The position numbers and the translations under genes are program-made. Under the pieces are notes generated by a model. The model was not told where the DNA came from, ran no database searches, and saw only the letters and a program-made list of their open reading frames with translations. Below, one piece after another: positions 9,275 through 18,719 of a stretch of DNA of 20,000 nucleotides (positions are counted from its first letter, which is position 1; each line of letters begins with the position of its first letter). The DNA comes from Enoplolaimus lenunculus (Eukaryota). Location of the stretch: assembly GCA_030248215.1 (NCBI GenBank), contig JASANG010003752.1:795143-815142 (forward strand), written 5' to 3'.

Positions 9275-11680
9275 ATGTCTAGTGTAGGTGGTACCGGAGT
9301 ACCAGGTCAGCGGTCCGTAGACGAACCGTCCCAATCAAATCGACGTTTCGAATCTGATCCGGGAAACATTAGAAGCGCAGGTCAGTCAACAAGTGCTTTG
9401 TCTCGGGTGAACTCAATCGGGCAAGTGCAACCGAAACCTGGCGCAACCGAATTGGCTCACAAACATTCGCTTGGATCTTCTGATTCGGCTGGCGGCGGTC
9501 CAACACGGCGAATTCGACCAAGTTTTTTGCAGGCAGCGAAAACTGTTCAACTACAACAACAACAACTCCGGCAACAACAAATACTCGATCAGTTGTCACA
9601 ATACGCAGACGGCGAGACAGCATCTTGGGATCCTTCTACTCAAGAAGATGATGAAACAACAAGGCAACAAAACGTTGCCGAAGACATAATTACCCAACAT
9701 CCCGAAAGTATTTCACGACAAAGCTCAACTACATCCAGTCGCCAGGTACGTAAATCGTGTTCGGATCCAATGCGTAATTTAGACAAACGTCTCGAGATGG
9801 TTGATGCAAATATTGGCGATCACAAGATACGTGAAGCAGTTCATAGAAATAGCAATCAACTTACAGCTCAGGCACAAGTAGGGTCACCGGAATCAGCGAC
9901 ACGGCTCACAAGTGTTGCTGGTTTAACGAGCCATGGGCCTATCAGCAAGCTGCAACAACAACATAGAAGCCTATGGCAAACGCCGAAAACCACCAGTTCG
10001 CAAATCAATGATCCAAACGGCGCACATGACGACAGTTCTCTACCATTTGCCACCACTGATAACATTCGTCAAGCGGATAACCGAAAAGAACTTGACCAAG
10101 CCATCGCTAAAGCAACAACAACAACAACAACAACGCCTATTTTCACTAGAAGAACATCACGAGATGACAAAGGCAACCGGGCAAAACTATCCAAAACCAG
10201 TTCGATTTCTAGCCGCCGTTTGTCTATGTCGCCGCTCAGTGATGAAGGAAAACAGCAACGGCCAATTGACAGCGAGCCAGATGAAACCGAAGGGCGAATC
10301 ATTCTAAACGTCAGCGGACTTCGGTACGAAACTTACGAGCATCGTTTGAACGCATACCCGCATACGTTGCTCGGAGACCCAACTCGGAGGGCTGCGTTCT
10401 ACGACGCGGAACGAGACGAATATTTCTTCGACCGGCATCGACCAAGTTTCGACGCGATCATTCATTTCTACCAACCTGGTGGCGGAGGCCGCCTACGCAG
10501 GTCTTTGACCGTTCCGTTAGATGTATTCGCTGAAGAGGTGGCGTTTTTCGATATGGGCGAAGACGCGATTGCTCGATTCAAAGAAGACGAAGGATTTGCT
10601 GTCGAAGAAGAACAAACTCTACCAGAGGAGCCGTGGAAACGCCGCATATGGTTGCTCATGGAGTACCCTGAAAGTAGCCAAGCAGCACGCGTATGCGCAA
10701 TCATATCCGTCAGCGTGATTATCATTTCAATTTCAATATTTTGCCTTGAAACCTTGCCGTATTTTAATCCATTTAATCGTACTAACACGACGGTCTTTCG
10801 TACAAACTATACCGGTATATTGCCATTGCTAAATGAAACTTCACAATACTATTACCCTGAAGTAACCCCGAGGATCGGTGGTGTCAAAACAAGCTCTTCG
10901 TTGCACCAACCACAATTTACTGTTATTAAGCAAGTCCAAACAGTAATAACGCGTTCAAAATCGTTCAAATTTGATACATTTTTTATTATTGAAACCGTTT
11001 GCATTGTGTGGTTCACGCTAGAGCTTGCAACTCGTTTCATTAGTTGTCCAAGTCGTTTATATTTTTTTACAAATATTATGAATTGCATTGATTTAATTTC
11101 GATCATTCCATATTTTGTAACACTTGGTACAATGCTTAACGCACAACAACATCATCACGCGCAACAGTCATCGACCGAACTGAGTAGCACTCAACCAACA
11201 GCGATACTCATAGAATTAGAGCAACGTGAAGCGGAACTCGAAGAAGAACAACCACAATCGCATACACAAGCAACGTCACTTGCTATACTGCGGGTAGTTC
11301 GGCTAATACGTGTCTTTCGAATATTCAAACTGTCGCGTCATTCAAAAGGATTACAAATTCTGGGCCAAACGCTGCATGCCAGCATGCGTGAGCTCGGATT
11401 GTTAATATTTTTCTTATTTATTGGCGTTATACTATTTTCAAGCGCTGTCTACTTTGCCGAACAAGATGTTACTGAAACCGATTTTAAATCAATCCCTGAC
11501 GCGTTTTGGTGGGCAATTATTACAATGACAACGGTTGGCTACGGTGATATGCAACCAATTGGATTATGGGGTAAACTGGTCGGCTCTCTGTGCGCAATCG
11601 CTGGTGTACTGACAATTGCGTTGCCTGTGCCAGTAGTTGTATCAAACTTTAACTATTTTTATAACCGCGAACAAGATCAG
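9275..11680 (+). CDS. KCNA: Shaker/Kv1 voltage-gated potassium channel alpha subunit, large coding exon (long N-terminus, T1, S1-S6)
   Basis: The translation shows T1 ([32 protein letters not shown]), S4 ([29 protein letters not shown]), pore ([17 protein letters not shown]) and S6 ([18 protein letters not shown]). First in-frame ATG is 9275 (gccATGt), but the frame is open from 8867. Ends at donor CAG|GTTAGT (11680|11681), phase 0. Confidence 0.96.
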
Positions 11681-12070
11681 GTTAGTTTTGTGTTTTAGGT
11701 TTTAAAATTACAAATTACAGTCGTAGCTTTTTTGTCATCCGATCGTAGCCCGGATATTTCAGGATCAACCCGGTTTACGATTTGTGTAAAGTGGTTTTTA
11801 GATACTTTTTTTAGTATGTAACACAAAAAAACAACCACTTCGAAAATTCTATAGGACGTAACCGCCTTGGCAAAATCCATGCTACATCCCGCGCTTTCAG
11901 TCAAGTGCCCGCAACCAGGAAACTTCGAATTATCATTATTACTTTTTTCTTGTATACGGGGCGTAGCCACGATTTCGAAAAGCTGGTTTATATTTTATAA
12001 AAATTTCGAATGGGGGTGGTTCTTGTGTCACGACTGACAAGTTCCTCAAAAACCTGTAGATAAACATCAT

Positions 12071-12200
12071 GACCAATGTTACTTTTAGGGGCGTAACAGT
12101 AGATTAAGCGTATTCCTAAGCCTAAGCGTTGCAAAAGTGTTCCTAAGACTAAGCCTAACCAAAAAGTGTAATTTAGAATCTAAACCTACTCTTTTACAGG
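12071..12200 (+). mobile_element. Truncated subtype A MITE in the Kv1 intron
   Basis: gaccaatgttacttttaggggcgtaacagtagattaagcgtattcctaagcctaag...tagaatctaaacctactcttttacag is the reverse complement of part of 2560-2751. Confidence 0.8.
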
Positions 12201-12329
12201 TATCCATGTCAAATCAAAATATTGAAATCTGAAAAGATAATCCGAGATCGTTTCGTAATGCAATGAAACAACTACATGGTCAATACAATACCCGCCCGCA
12301 CATCCTTAAAATAATATTAATAGTCTACT

Positions 12330-12480
12330 CGGGCACGTAGCCAAAGGGGGGCCAGCCCCTGCAAAAATTTTGCCCCCCGCTAGAAAGTTTTTAACCTCGC
12401 TTGTAACTCATTGAAAACCCTTGAATGGCCATACTGAAAATTTTTAGCACCCCTAGCAAGGTGAGCTGGCTACGATCCTG
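12330..12480. mobile_element. hAT-like MITE in the Kv1 intron
   Basis: Imperfect TIR cgggcacgtagcca/tggctacgatcctg with G/C-run subtermini. TSD not clean. Confidence 0.55.
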
Positions 12481-12739
12481 ATATTTACTTAGTCTACCAG
12501 AAAATTACGAGTTATAATACAAAATAAAGAAAATCATGGCTTAACATCAAATCAACCTTTCTACGGCTAATATTTGCGCAGCTGAGCCACTAACGATACC
12601 TTAGCATGAATGGTGCAAACGGTTAGTAAAAAATAATGGTATCAGACAAAAAACATATATTTAAGTATGTTTTCATCTAAAGAAACTTCTAAAGACCGTG
12701 GAAGAACTTGGTGTCGAGCAAATCTAGCATATTTGTACA

Positions 12740-12829
12740 GAAAAACAAAATTTCCCGTATTTCTATAACGGAAACAAAAACGACACTGATTTTTACCGGA
12801 AACTTAAACAAATATCCGCTTACACTCTG
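12740..12829 (-). mobile_element. Terminal fragment of the 7941-8320 family
   Basis: tatttctataacggaaac..accggaaac..atatccgcttacactctg. Confidence 0.65.
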
Positions 12830-13036
12830 GTCTATTGTCATAACAATATGTAGCGAATCATGGTCTACGACGGCTGGCTAGAAATGGTCAGAAAACAAGC
12901 TGTACGCTTTGATATCGGGATATCGACGGAAGACTGTAGGATACGCTTACGTTTAGCCTAAGCCTAATCCTAAGCTTAGTTCCACTCCATGTCCTCTCTG
13001 AGAAAATTTGGAAATTCTGCAATCAAATTATTATAG

Positions 13037-13540
13037 GAAGAGCAAGCTCAACTGTTGATATTCGCCAGTCCCGCAAGCTCTGAAGCGAGCTTGCACACCA
13101 AATCTTCGTACGAATCATCCGATACATTTGACAGTCGAAACAGTGGCAAAAAACGCAAGACGTCTAGCAGTGCAAGTCAACGTAGCCACGATATGAAACC
13201 CGATGATAAACCAGCCAAAAACTCGCAATCCACTAAACACCAACCTAATTTGGCTCTCAAAAATGAAAACGGAATCAGAGTCAAAATCGATCAACTGGTC
13301 GATATGGAAGAAGGCGGTGTTTCGTTAGAAAAACAAGACAAACAACACGAATCTCATGATCGTCCTAGCCGAAGTCTGCAGTCTGTATCAACGCGATCCA
13401 CAGTACTTTCACCAACACCAAGCACAGTACCTATTGATAGCAGTGGAACAAAAACGACTGAAACCCAAAAAGCCACTTTTGGTCCTTTGTTTGGCTCCAT
13501 CAAGTCAATTGAAATATGCTCTCTTGAGACCAATGTTTAG
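13037..13540 (+). CDS. KCNA: Kv1 channel terminal coding exon (cytoplasmic C-terminus, PDZ-binding ETNV*)
   Basis: Acceptor ttatag|GAA at 13036|13037, phase 0. Splicing gives YNREQDQ|EEQAQLLIFASP, matching vertebrate Kv1.1 YHRETEGEEQAQLLHVSSP. Ends ICSLETNV-stop, like the Shaker/Kv1.4 ETDV class I PDZ ligand. Confidence 0.93.
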   Translation, partial: EEQAQLLIFASPASSEASLHTKSSYESSDTFDSRNSGKKRKTSSSASQRSHDMKPDDKPAKNSQSTKHQPNLALKNENGIRVKIDQLVDMEEGGVSLEKQDKQHESHDRPSRSLQSVSTRSTVLSPTPSTVPIDSSGTKTTETQKATFGPLFGSIKSIEICSLETNV

Positions 13541-13695
13541 TAAAACTGTGAAGAAAAATTTATAAAAAATCTCACTTCGTTTACTATGAAGCAGAAATTT
13601 CATTGTGTTGCAAAAACAAAGCTCAGCTCCCTATTTAAAACGGTTCAAAAAATATAATTTTTGTATCACTATCATAATGAACTGTTTAATTGATC

Positions 13696-13861
13696 GGCCC
13701 ATGTAAATATCAGGGGCGGAGCGTTTTTTTTGTGGGACTAGAAAAGAGTAAGCTTAAGCTTTAAACTAATTTTTTTTGCTTAGCATAGACTTATGCTTAT
13801 GCTTAGGCTTAGGAATATGCTTATAATACTGTTCCGCAGATGTTCTTTAAGTACATTGGCC
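13696..13861 (-). mobile_element. MITE (Merlin-like) subtype B, likely in the Kv1 3' UTR
   Basis: TIR ggcccatgta/tacattggcc. Perfect 8-bp TSD AATTGATC (13688-13695 and 13862-13869). Reverse complement of the 2254-2453 type. Confidence 0.88.
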
Positions 13862-14148
13862 AATTGATCTAACCGCTACATGTTTATTGCAGTCACCTTT
13901 GACACGTGTTAACCATACCTTGTGTTAACCATACCTTATAATGTTTTCGGCGACAAAATAAAATTTTTTATTGCGAACGATGCATATTTATTTTGCCTCA
14001 CGCAACGATACAACCTAAAGTAGTTACTCGATTATGGGAAACTAGTTTAAAACCAACCAGTCTGTTACTTGGAGCTCCACCTTTTTTAATACTGTAGTGA
14101 CCCGGATAATGCAAGGTTATACTTTGGAATGTACTTTCAAAACTTAAG

Positions 14149-14537
14149 TAGGGATGTGCCGATACCAAAATTTTTGCCGATGCCTATACCGATGCCGATT
14201 CTTATTTTGAAATTTTGCCGATGGCGAACCAATGCCGATTACAACTTTAGTAAACCATGCTTAAACAGATAGGATGCTACATTACATCATTATATGAAGA
14301 CTGAAACTCTAACCATCATAAACGATTATAATTTTATAAGAACAGTTCATTTCAATTCATAGTTTCAAACACAAACGCAAGAGAGAACAATTTCCCTGAG
14401 CAGACACCCTGATATGCGACCAGAAAAGAAATTGACAGGATTATCGGCAAAGAACCGGCATTTGTTTTGCAGTGCCGATGCAGATACTCACGAAAAGTGC
14501 CGATTATTACCGATGCTGATTAATCGGTACATCCCTG
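14149..14537. mobile_element. hAT-like MITE with gccgat subterminal repeats
   Basis: TIR tagggatgtgccgat/atcggtacatccctg. Many (a/g)ccgat(g/t/a) motifs near both ends. Inserted within a repeat also present near 3615-3720. Confidence 0.8.
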
Positions 14538-14602
14538 GGCCTGGAGTCATTTATGCACAGCAATTACGGAAAATTGAAATTAATGGACTAATTAGAGTTT
14601 AG

Positions 14603-14884
14603 TAGGGTACAACAGGAGATCTACCTCCGGCTCCGGCTCTGGTACAAAAATCGGCCTCCGGCTCCAGCTGCAGTAAAATGTGTGGCAATTTCGGTAGTAA
14701 AAGTTTGCATAATTTTGCAAAATTTATCTGTTTAGCGCGTTTCGATGTACTTTCGTCACAATTTTCAGGAAACAATTTACGAAATTTCGCAGAAAATTAG
14801 CGTAAAACCAACCAGCAAAAATCCTACCGAAGCCGGTGGCCGATTTTCTGCTGAAGCCGGAGATAGATCTCCGGTTGTACCGCG
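14603..14884. mobile_element. hAT-like MITE with ccggct subterminal repeats
   Basis: TIR gggtacaacaggagatctacctccggct / agccggagatagatctccggttgtacc. No clear TSD. A similar terminus cagggtacaac occurs at 18018. Confidence 0.75.
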
Positions 14885-14979
14885 GATAATACTTATAACT
14901 TTAAGTAATTTAATTTTGTACTGAACTTCTTTTAATCCAGAACCAGTTACGAGATTATTAGATTGAAATTAGGTTTTTA

Positions 14980-15290
14980 GGATATCCGTTTCGGGTACAA
15001 ATCGGTGTCTGTTTGCATTACAGAAATAACGGAAATTCAGTTATTTTCACGCTCAAGTTATAAATACACAATGTATCTGGTGATTTTGCATTAGAGATCC
15101 TGCGAATGTTTTAAATGAAACAAAAACTACAAAATTCATGCAAAATCGTAAAAAATCCGATGCATCCGCCATTTTTCTTTAAACTTTTTAGAAAGCATCA
15201 TGGACATTTGCACGCCTCAATTGTTGGCAGAAAAATAAAACATACTCGAAAGTTTTATATTTCAATATTCTTTTCCGCTTTTTTGATCTC
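14980..15290 (+). mobile_element. Partial copy of the 7941-8320 family
   Basis: ggatatccgtttc..aatcggtg..agaaataacggaaa..aaatgaaacaaaaa..cgatgcatccgc..tgcacgcctcaat..gttggcagaaaa, colinear with 7953-8280. Confidence 0.75.
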
Positions 15291-16254
15291 TAGCGTGAAA
15301 ACTTTCATGTTTTGTAAGGGTTTAAAATTTTAGTTCATTGGCCATGTTGTTTAGAAGGGTAGCATAACACGTCACAGAAAGCTCACGTAATCTCAAGTGT
15401 GTACCGCAACAGCTGCGGGTCCCTTCGAAATTTTCAATAACCAAAATTTCCGAATATTCAAGTTTCTTGCAATTGAGAGACTCGGCAAAAAGTGATGAAA
15501 ATTTACGGAAACCTGCGCCTCAAATCTAATTCGCAACATACTCTATCTCTGTGAAGGTACAGCTTTTAGCTTTCACTGCACTTTAGATTCATTACTAAAG
15601 AATCAGCTCACCAAACTAATAACGTCAGGTTTTATTACAAACAGAAACAATGAGCTTCAGCAATAGGTTTATTGTACAGCTGCGGTAAAGGTGAACAGAT
15701 ACATTCTCCTAAGAAAATTTATTTCAGCCAGTTTAATAACATTTCAAATGGGGTTTCACGACATAACTGCAGCATCCTGGAACGCGTTTGTCCCAATACA
15801 TTTCATGATATGCTTTCAAGTATCTGCATGACACAAGATAACCAAACTAGAATTTGAAATTTCAATTTCTTGTATTTAGAAATATATTTTGGGAAAGTTT
15901 CGGTAGGAAACGCAAACATATTCGGTGTTCGAAATCATTTAGCACTTCTTTCCCTTTCACACAAGTGCGAGCAAATTACATTGTTCATTATAATGTGATA
16001 TTTGCTTGAATTTTCAGTATGATATGCACGCAATGTCCCGCGAATATAATGGCTACTTATGCACGATGATCACTTGAGAGCAGTGGTATGTAAGCCAATA
16101 TATAATTTGACGCTCATATTTTGCTAGCATACCCGCTATTAGACCATAACAATGTGTTCACATCAAATCCCATGGACAAACGTTCCACAATACCCCAGTG
16201 TTAACGTGAATCCCACATAGTGGTAAAAACAAGACTATGTTTCAACTGTAATCA

Positions 16255-16416
16255 CATGTTACTTTCAGGAGTGTCCCGTTTCCTGATGAGAGTGCAGAAG
16301 TGTGCTTACATTTTATGCTATATTCTTGTTTAGGTTTATGTTAGACTTGTTTCAACGGTTATGTTTGTCAAGGAATATGTTTAATCTCAGTTTCGGTCCT
16401 AAAAGTAACACTGACT
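16255..16416 (-). mobile_element. Old degenerate subtype A MITE
   Basis: catgttactttcagga.tgtcccg at the left end, ggtcctaaaagtaacactgac at the right end, decayed ttagg repeats inside. Confidence 0.65.
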
Positions 16417-16889
16417 AAATTCTGGAAGACAGTGTTGTTCTATGAATGTATTAAAGTAATATACCACAGAACAAATCTTAAATAAATCCTATATTTTGTA
16501 TTTAAACATGTGTACTATGACTGCATTGAAGTTTTAAATAATATTAAATTGACCATAACTAACTTGTCAAATTAAAACTCCCGCTTGACGACAAAACAAA
16601 CACAACAACATAACAGTTGCCATGGGACCACCCACGATTTTGGAAGGCCACTTTAAATAAATATTTCAAAGATGTGGTTTGTTGGGTTAATAACAGAAAC
16701 AGTTCCTAAATGCTGAATAAAAATCCCATTAAATGGGGCTGCCAGAACCCCCTACGTGCGTCCATGATAATGCCTGACTTACGAGATAAGGCCCAAAACA
16801 CAGGAAGCGATCTATCGTTATTTAGCAAATTTCGCACGCTTATCAAGAAATCGGTTTCGGTTTTTTAAAGTGTATTGAGTTAGATTCGA

Positions 16890-17225
16890 AAACAGCATTT
16901 TCATTCAATACCATTAAGATAAAACATGTATGAAACTAAAGAAAGACAACCCAAACCAAAGTTTCACATCGTCACAGCCAAGTCAAAATGATCTTCTACA
17001 TCCGGCGGCTCGTCTTTGACTTTCGATAGATGGCTTCCACTATAGTTACAGTCGTTTTATCCAAGAAAGCATTTTCATTCAATACCCTATCAAGATTAAA
17101 TTGTAAACACAACCTGAACCTAAATTTTACTGTTTCAAAAAACTTTTTAATAATCTTCTACATCTGGCGGTTCGTCTTTGACTTCAGGTGGAGGGACTCC
17201 GGTATAGCTATGGTCGTTGTTTTCG
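16890..17225 (-). repeat. Diverged tandem duplication (about 160-170 bp unit) of the U1-70K coding end plus proximal 3' UTR
   Basis: agcattttcattcaatacc occurs at about 16895 and 17068. atcttctacatc(c/t)ggcgg(c/t)tcgtctttgactt occurs at 16991-17022 and 17153-17184 (offset 162 bp). Confidence 0.85.
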
Positions 17226-17398
17226 TAATGATCATCTGTCGCTCCACCGCCGCCATAATGAGAATTGCCCGCCGATCGGAACCGTTCATCTTGATCTTCA
17301 TGCGACCCATCCATTTCTTGCTTAACGCCATTGTCTTCGCCGTTACGACGCCGATCGCGGTCTCTATCGCGGCTCCTGCGGTCACGTCGGTCTCGATC
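17147..17398 (-). CDS. SNRNP70: U1-70K last coding exon
   Basis: Acceptor ccccttatttcag|GAT, phase 0. Reads DRDRRDRRSRDRDRDRRRNGEDNGVKQEMDGSHEDQDERFRSAGNSHYGGGGATDDHYENNDHSYTGVPPPEVKDEPPDVEDY, then TAA (17149-17147). Confidence 0.87.
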   Translation of the reverse strand, partial: DRDRRDRRSRDRDRDRRRNGEDNGVKQEMDGSHEDQDERFRSAGNSHYGGGGATDDHYENNDHSYTGVPPPEVKDEPPDVEDY

Positions 17399-18284
17399 CT
17401 GAAATAAGGGGTACCTTTTTCAGATTTTGAAGTGGTTGTTTTAATTGCAGTTGGTTTTTAAAAAAGTGGATGAAAATCTCCAAGTCTCGGTCGTCAGCAA
17501 TTTTGCATTCTAGAAGCTGCACTTGCTTTTAGAACTTTAGACAACAGGATAACGACATTAGCGTTATCTATGCAGTTATTTCACAGAAAACCCTTCAAAA
17601 ATATTTACCAGCTAAAACGCAACCTGCTGCAAATTTAATAACAAAATGTTAAATAACTACAAAACGAGAACGATGATTTCATTTTCAATAAAATTACGCA
17701 ATTTAATTTTCGGAACAGTTATTTTTTTGCACAAATCTGTTTCAGTATTTTCACAACCGGTCGCCTCCAGCTAATGTTGGGAAGCCAATCAAACATAGAT
17801 AAACTAAAATTTGATCAGTCATAAATAACATAACATTGCGCACCCTATGCATTGGTCTAGCAAAGATTTGCGATTGCAGAGATTCACACCGTTATGTTAG
17901 TATACAGTCACGAGCAGAGCGCTGTACAGTTGCATCCTCGATTGTAAATGATTATGTAACAAAGTTCATTAAACAAAAACAGCTGTAGTCGTGGTTATGG
18001 TCGAATTAATCGTGAGCCAGGGTACAACGTGAATCAGGTATCAGTGGAGTAATCCGGTATTTTTACTATCCGACTCGGTTATTAAATCCGATATGTTATC
18101 ACCGGAATTTCAAGTATTGCAAAATTTTCTAATTTGAAATTTAAGAAAGCCTGGCAAAATCCTAAATTATTTTTCCCAAAATTTCCTAAATGTAGCAATC
18201 GCGATCAGACCTGCTGTTTGAAATGCCATCTCGAATGAACTTAATTCTGTTTGTGACTGTATTTGATTTCCAAAGTATTCAGGG

Positions 18285-18448
18285 TGAATGGAAAGAACAA
18301 GGCCATAACATTAGTACAAGTATATTCCTAAACCTATGCGTAAGGATAAGCTTATAGCTAACCCTGAGAAAAAAATATTCTAAAGCTTAAGTTGACTCTA
18401 TTGCAGTCCCGCAGAAAAACGGTCCGCCACAGATCTATACACAAGCTC
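18285..18448 (+). mobile_element. Degenerate subtype B MITE in an SNRNP70 intron
   Basis: aaagaaca..tattcctaaacctatg..tctaaagcttaag.t.actctattgcagtccc..gaaaaacggtccgcc matches 2254-2453 and 1242-1421. Confidence 0.75.
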
Positions 18449-18719
18449 AAATTAGTATCGAGTCGAATTAACCGCAAGCAGTTCAAATGGCGTCTGCGAG
18501 CAATTACGCCTAACAAACGAGTAGGAAACGAGCGATCGCTTCGTTTGTAACGAGATCACAAACGCATTTAAATCTGTCTATGACTGTATTTGACTTCCGC
18601 ACCAGTCAATTTGTCTCTACTAATATTCGGTTAATGTTTTCAAAGCAATTGTCCTGAATGAAATCATGTTCTTCTTGCTCTCGTATCTTAATAAAATTAA
18701 AAATCACATTAATAATTAC

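Noticed and set aside
9023..11698. ORF-track boundaries (TTG start at 9023, stop at 11698) taken as the Kv1 CDS
   Set aside because: The TTG start is a prokaryote-style call inside a frame already open from 8867. The 3' end runs past a canonical donor at 11681, and splicing to 13037 restores the conserved Kv1 sequence.
13906..13937. 16-bp direct tandem repeat gtgttaaccatacctt x2
   Set aside because: A simple micro-duplication with no further structure.
17030..17407. + strand 125-aa ORF and - strand 75-aa ORF (17158-17385)
   Set aside because: Antisense and wrong-frame shadows of the last U1-70K exon.
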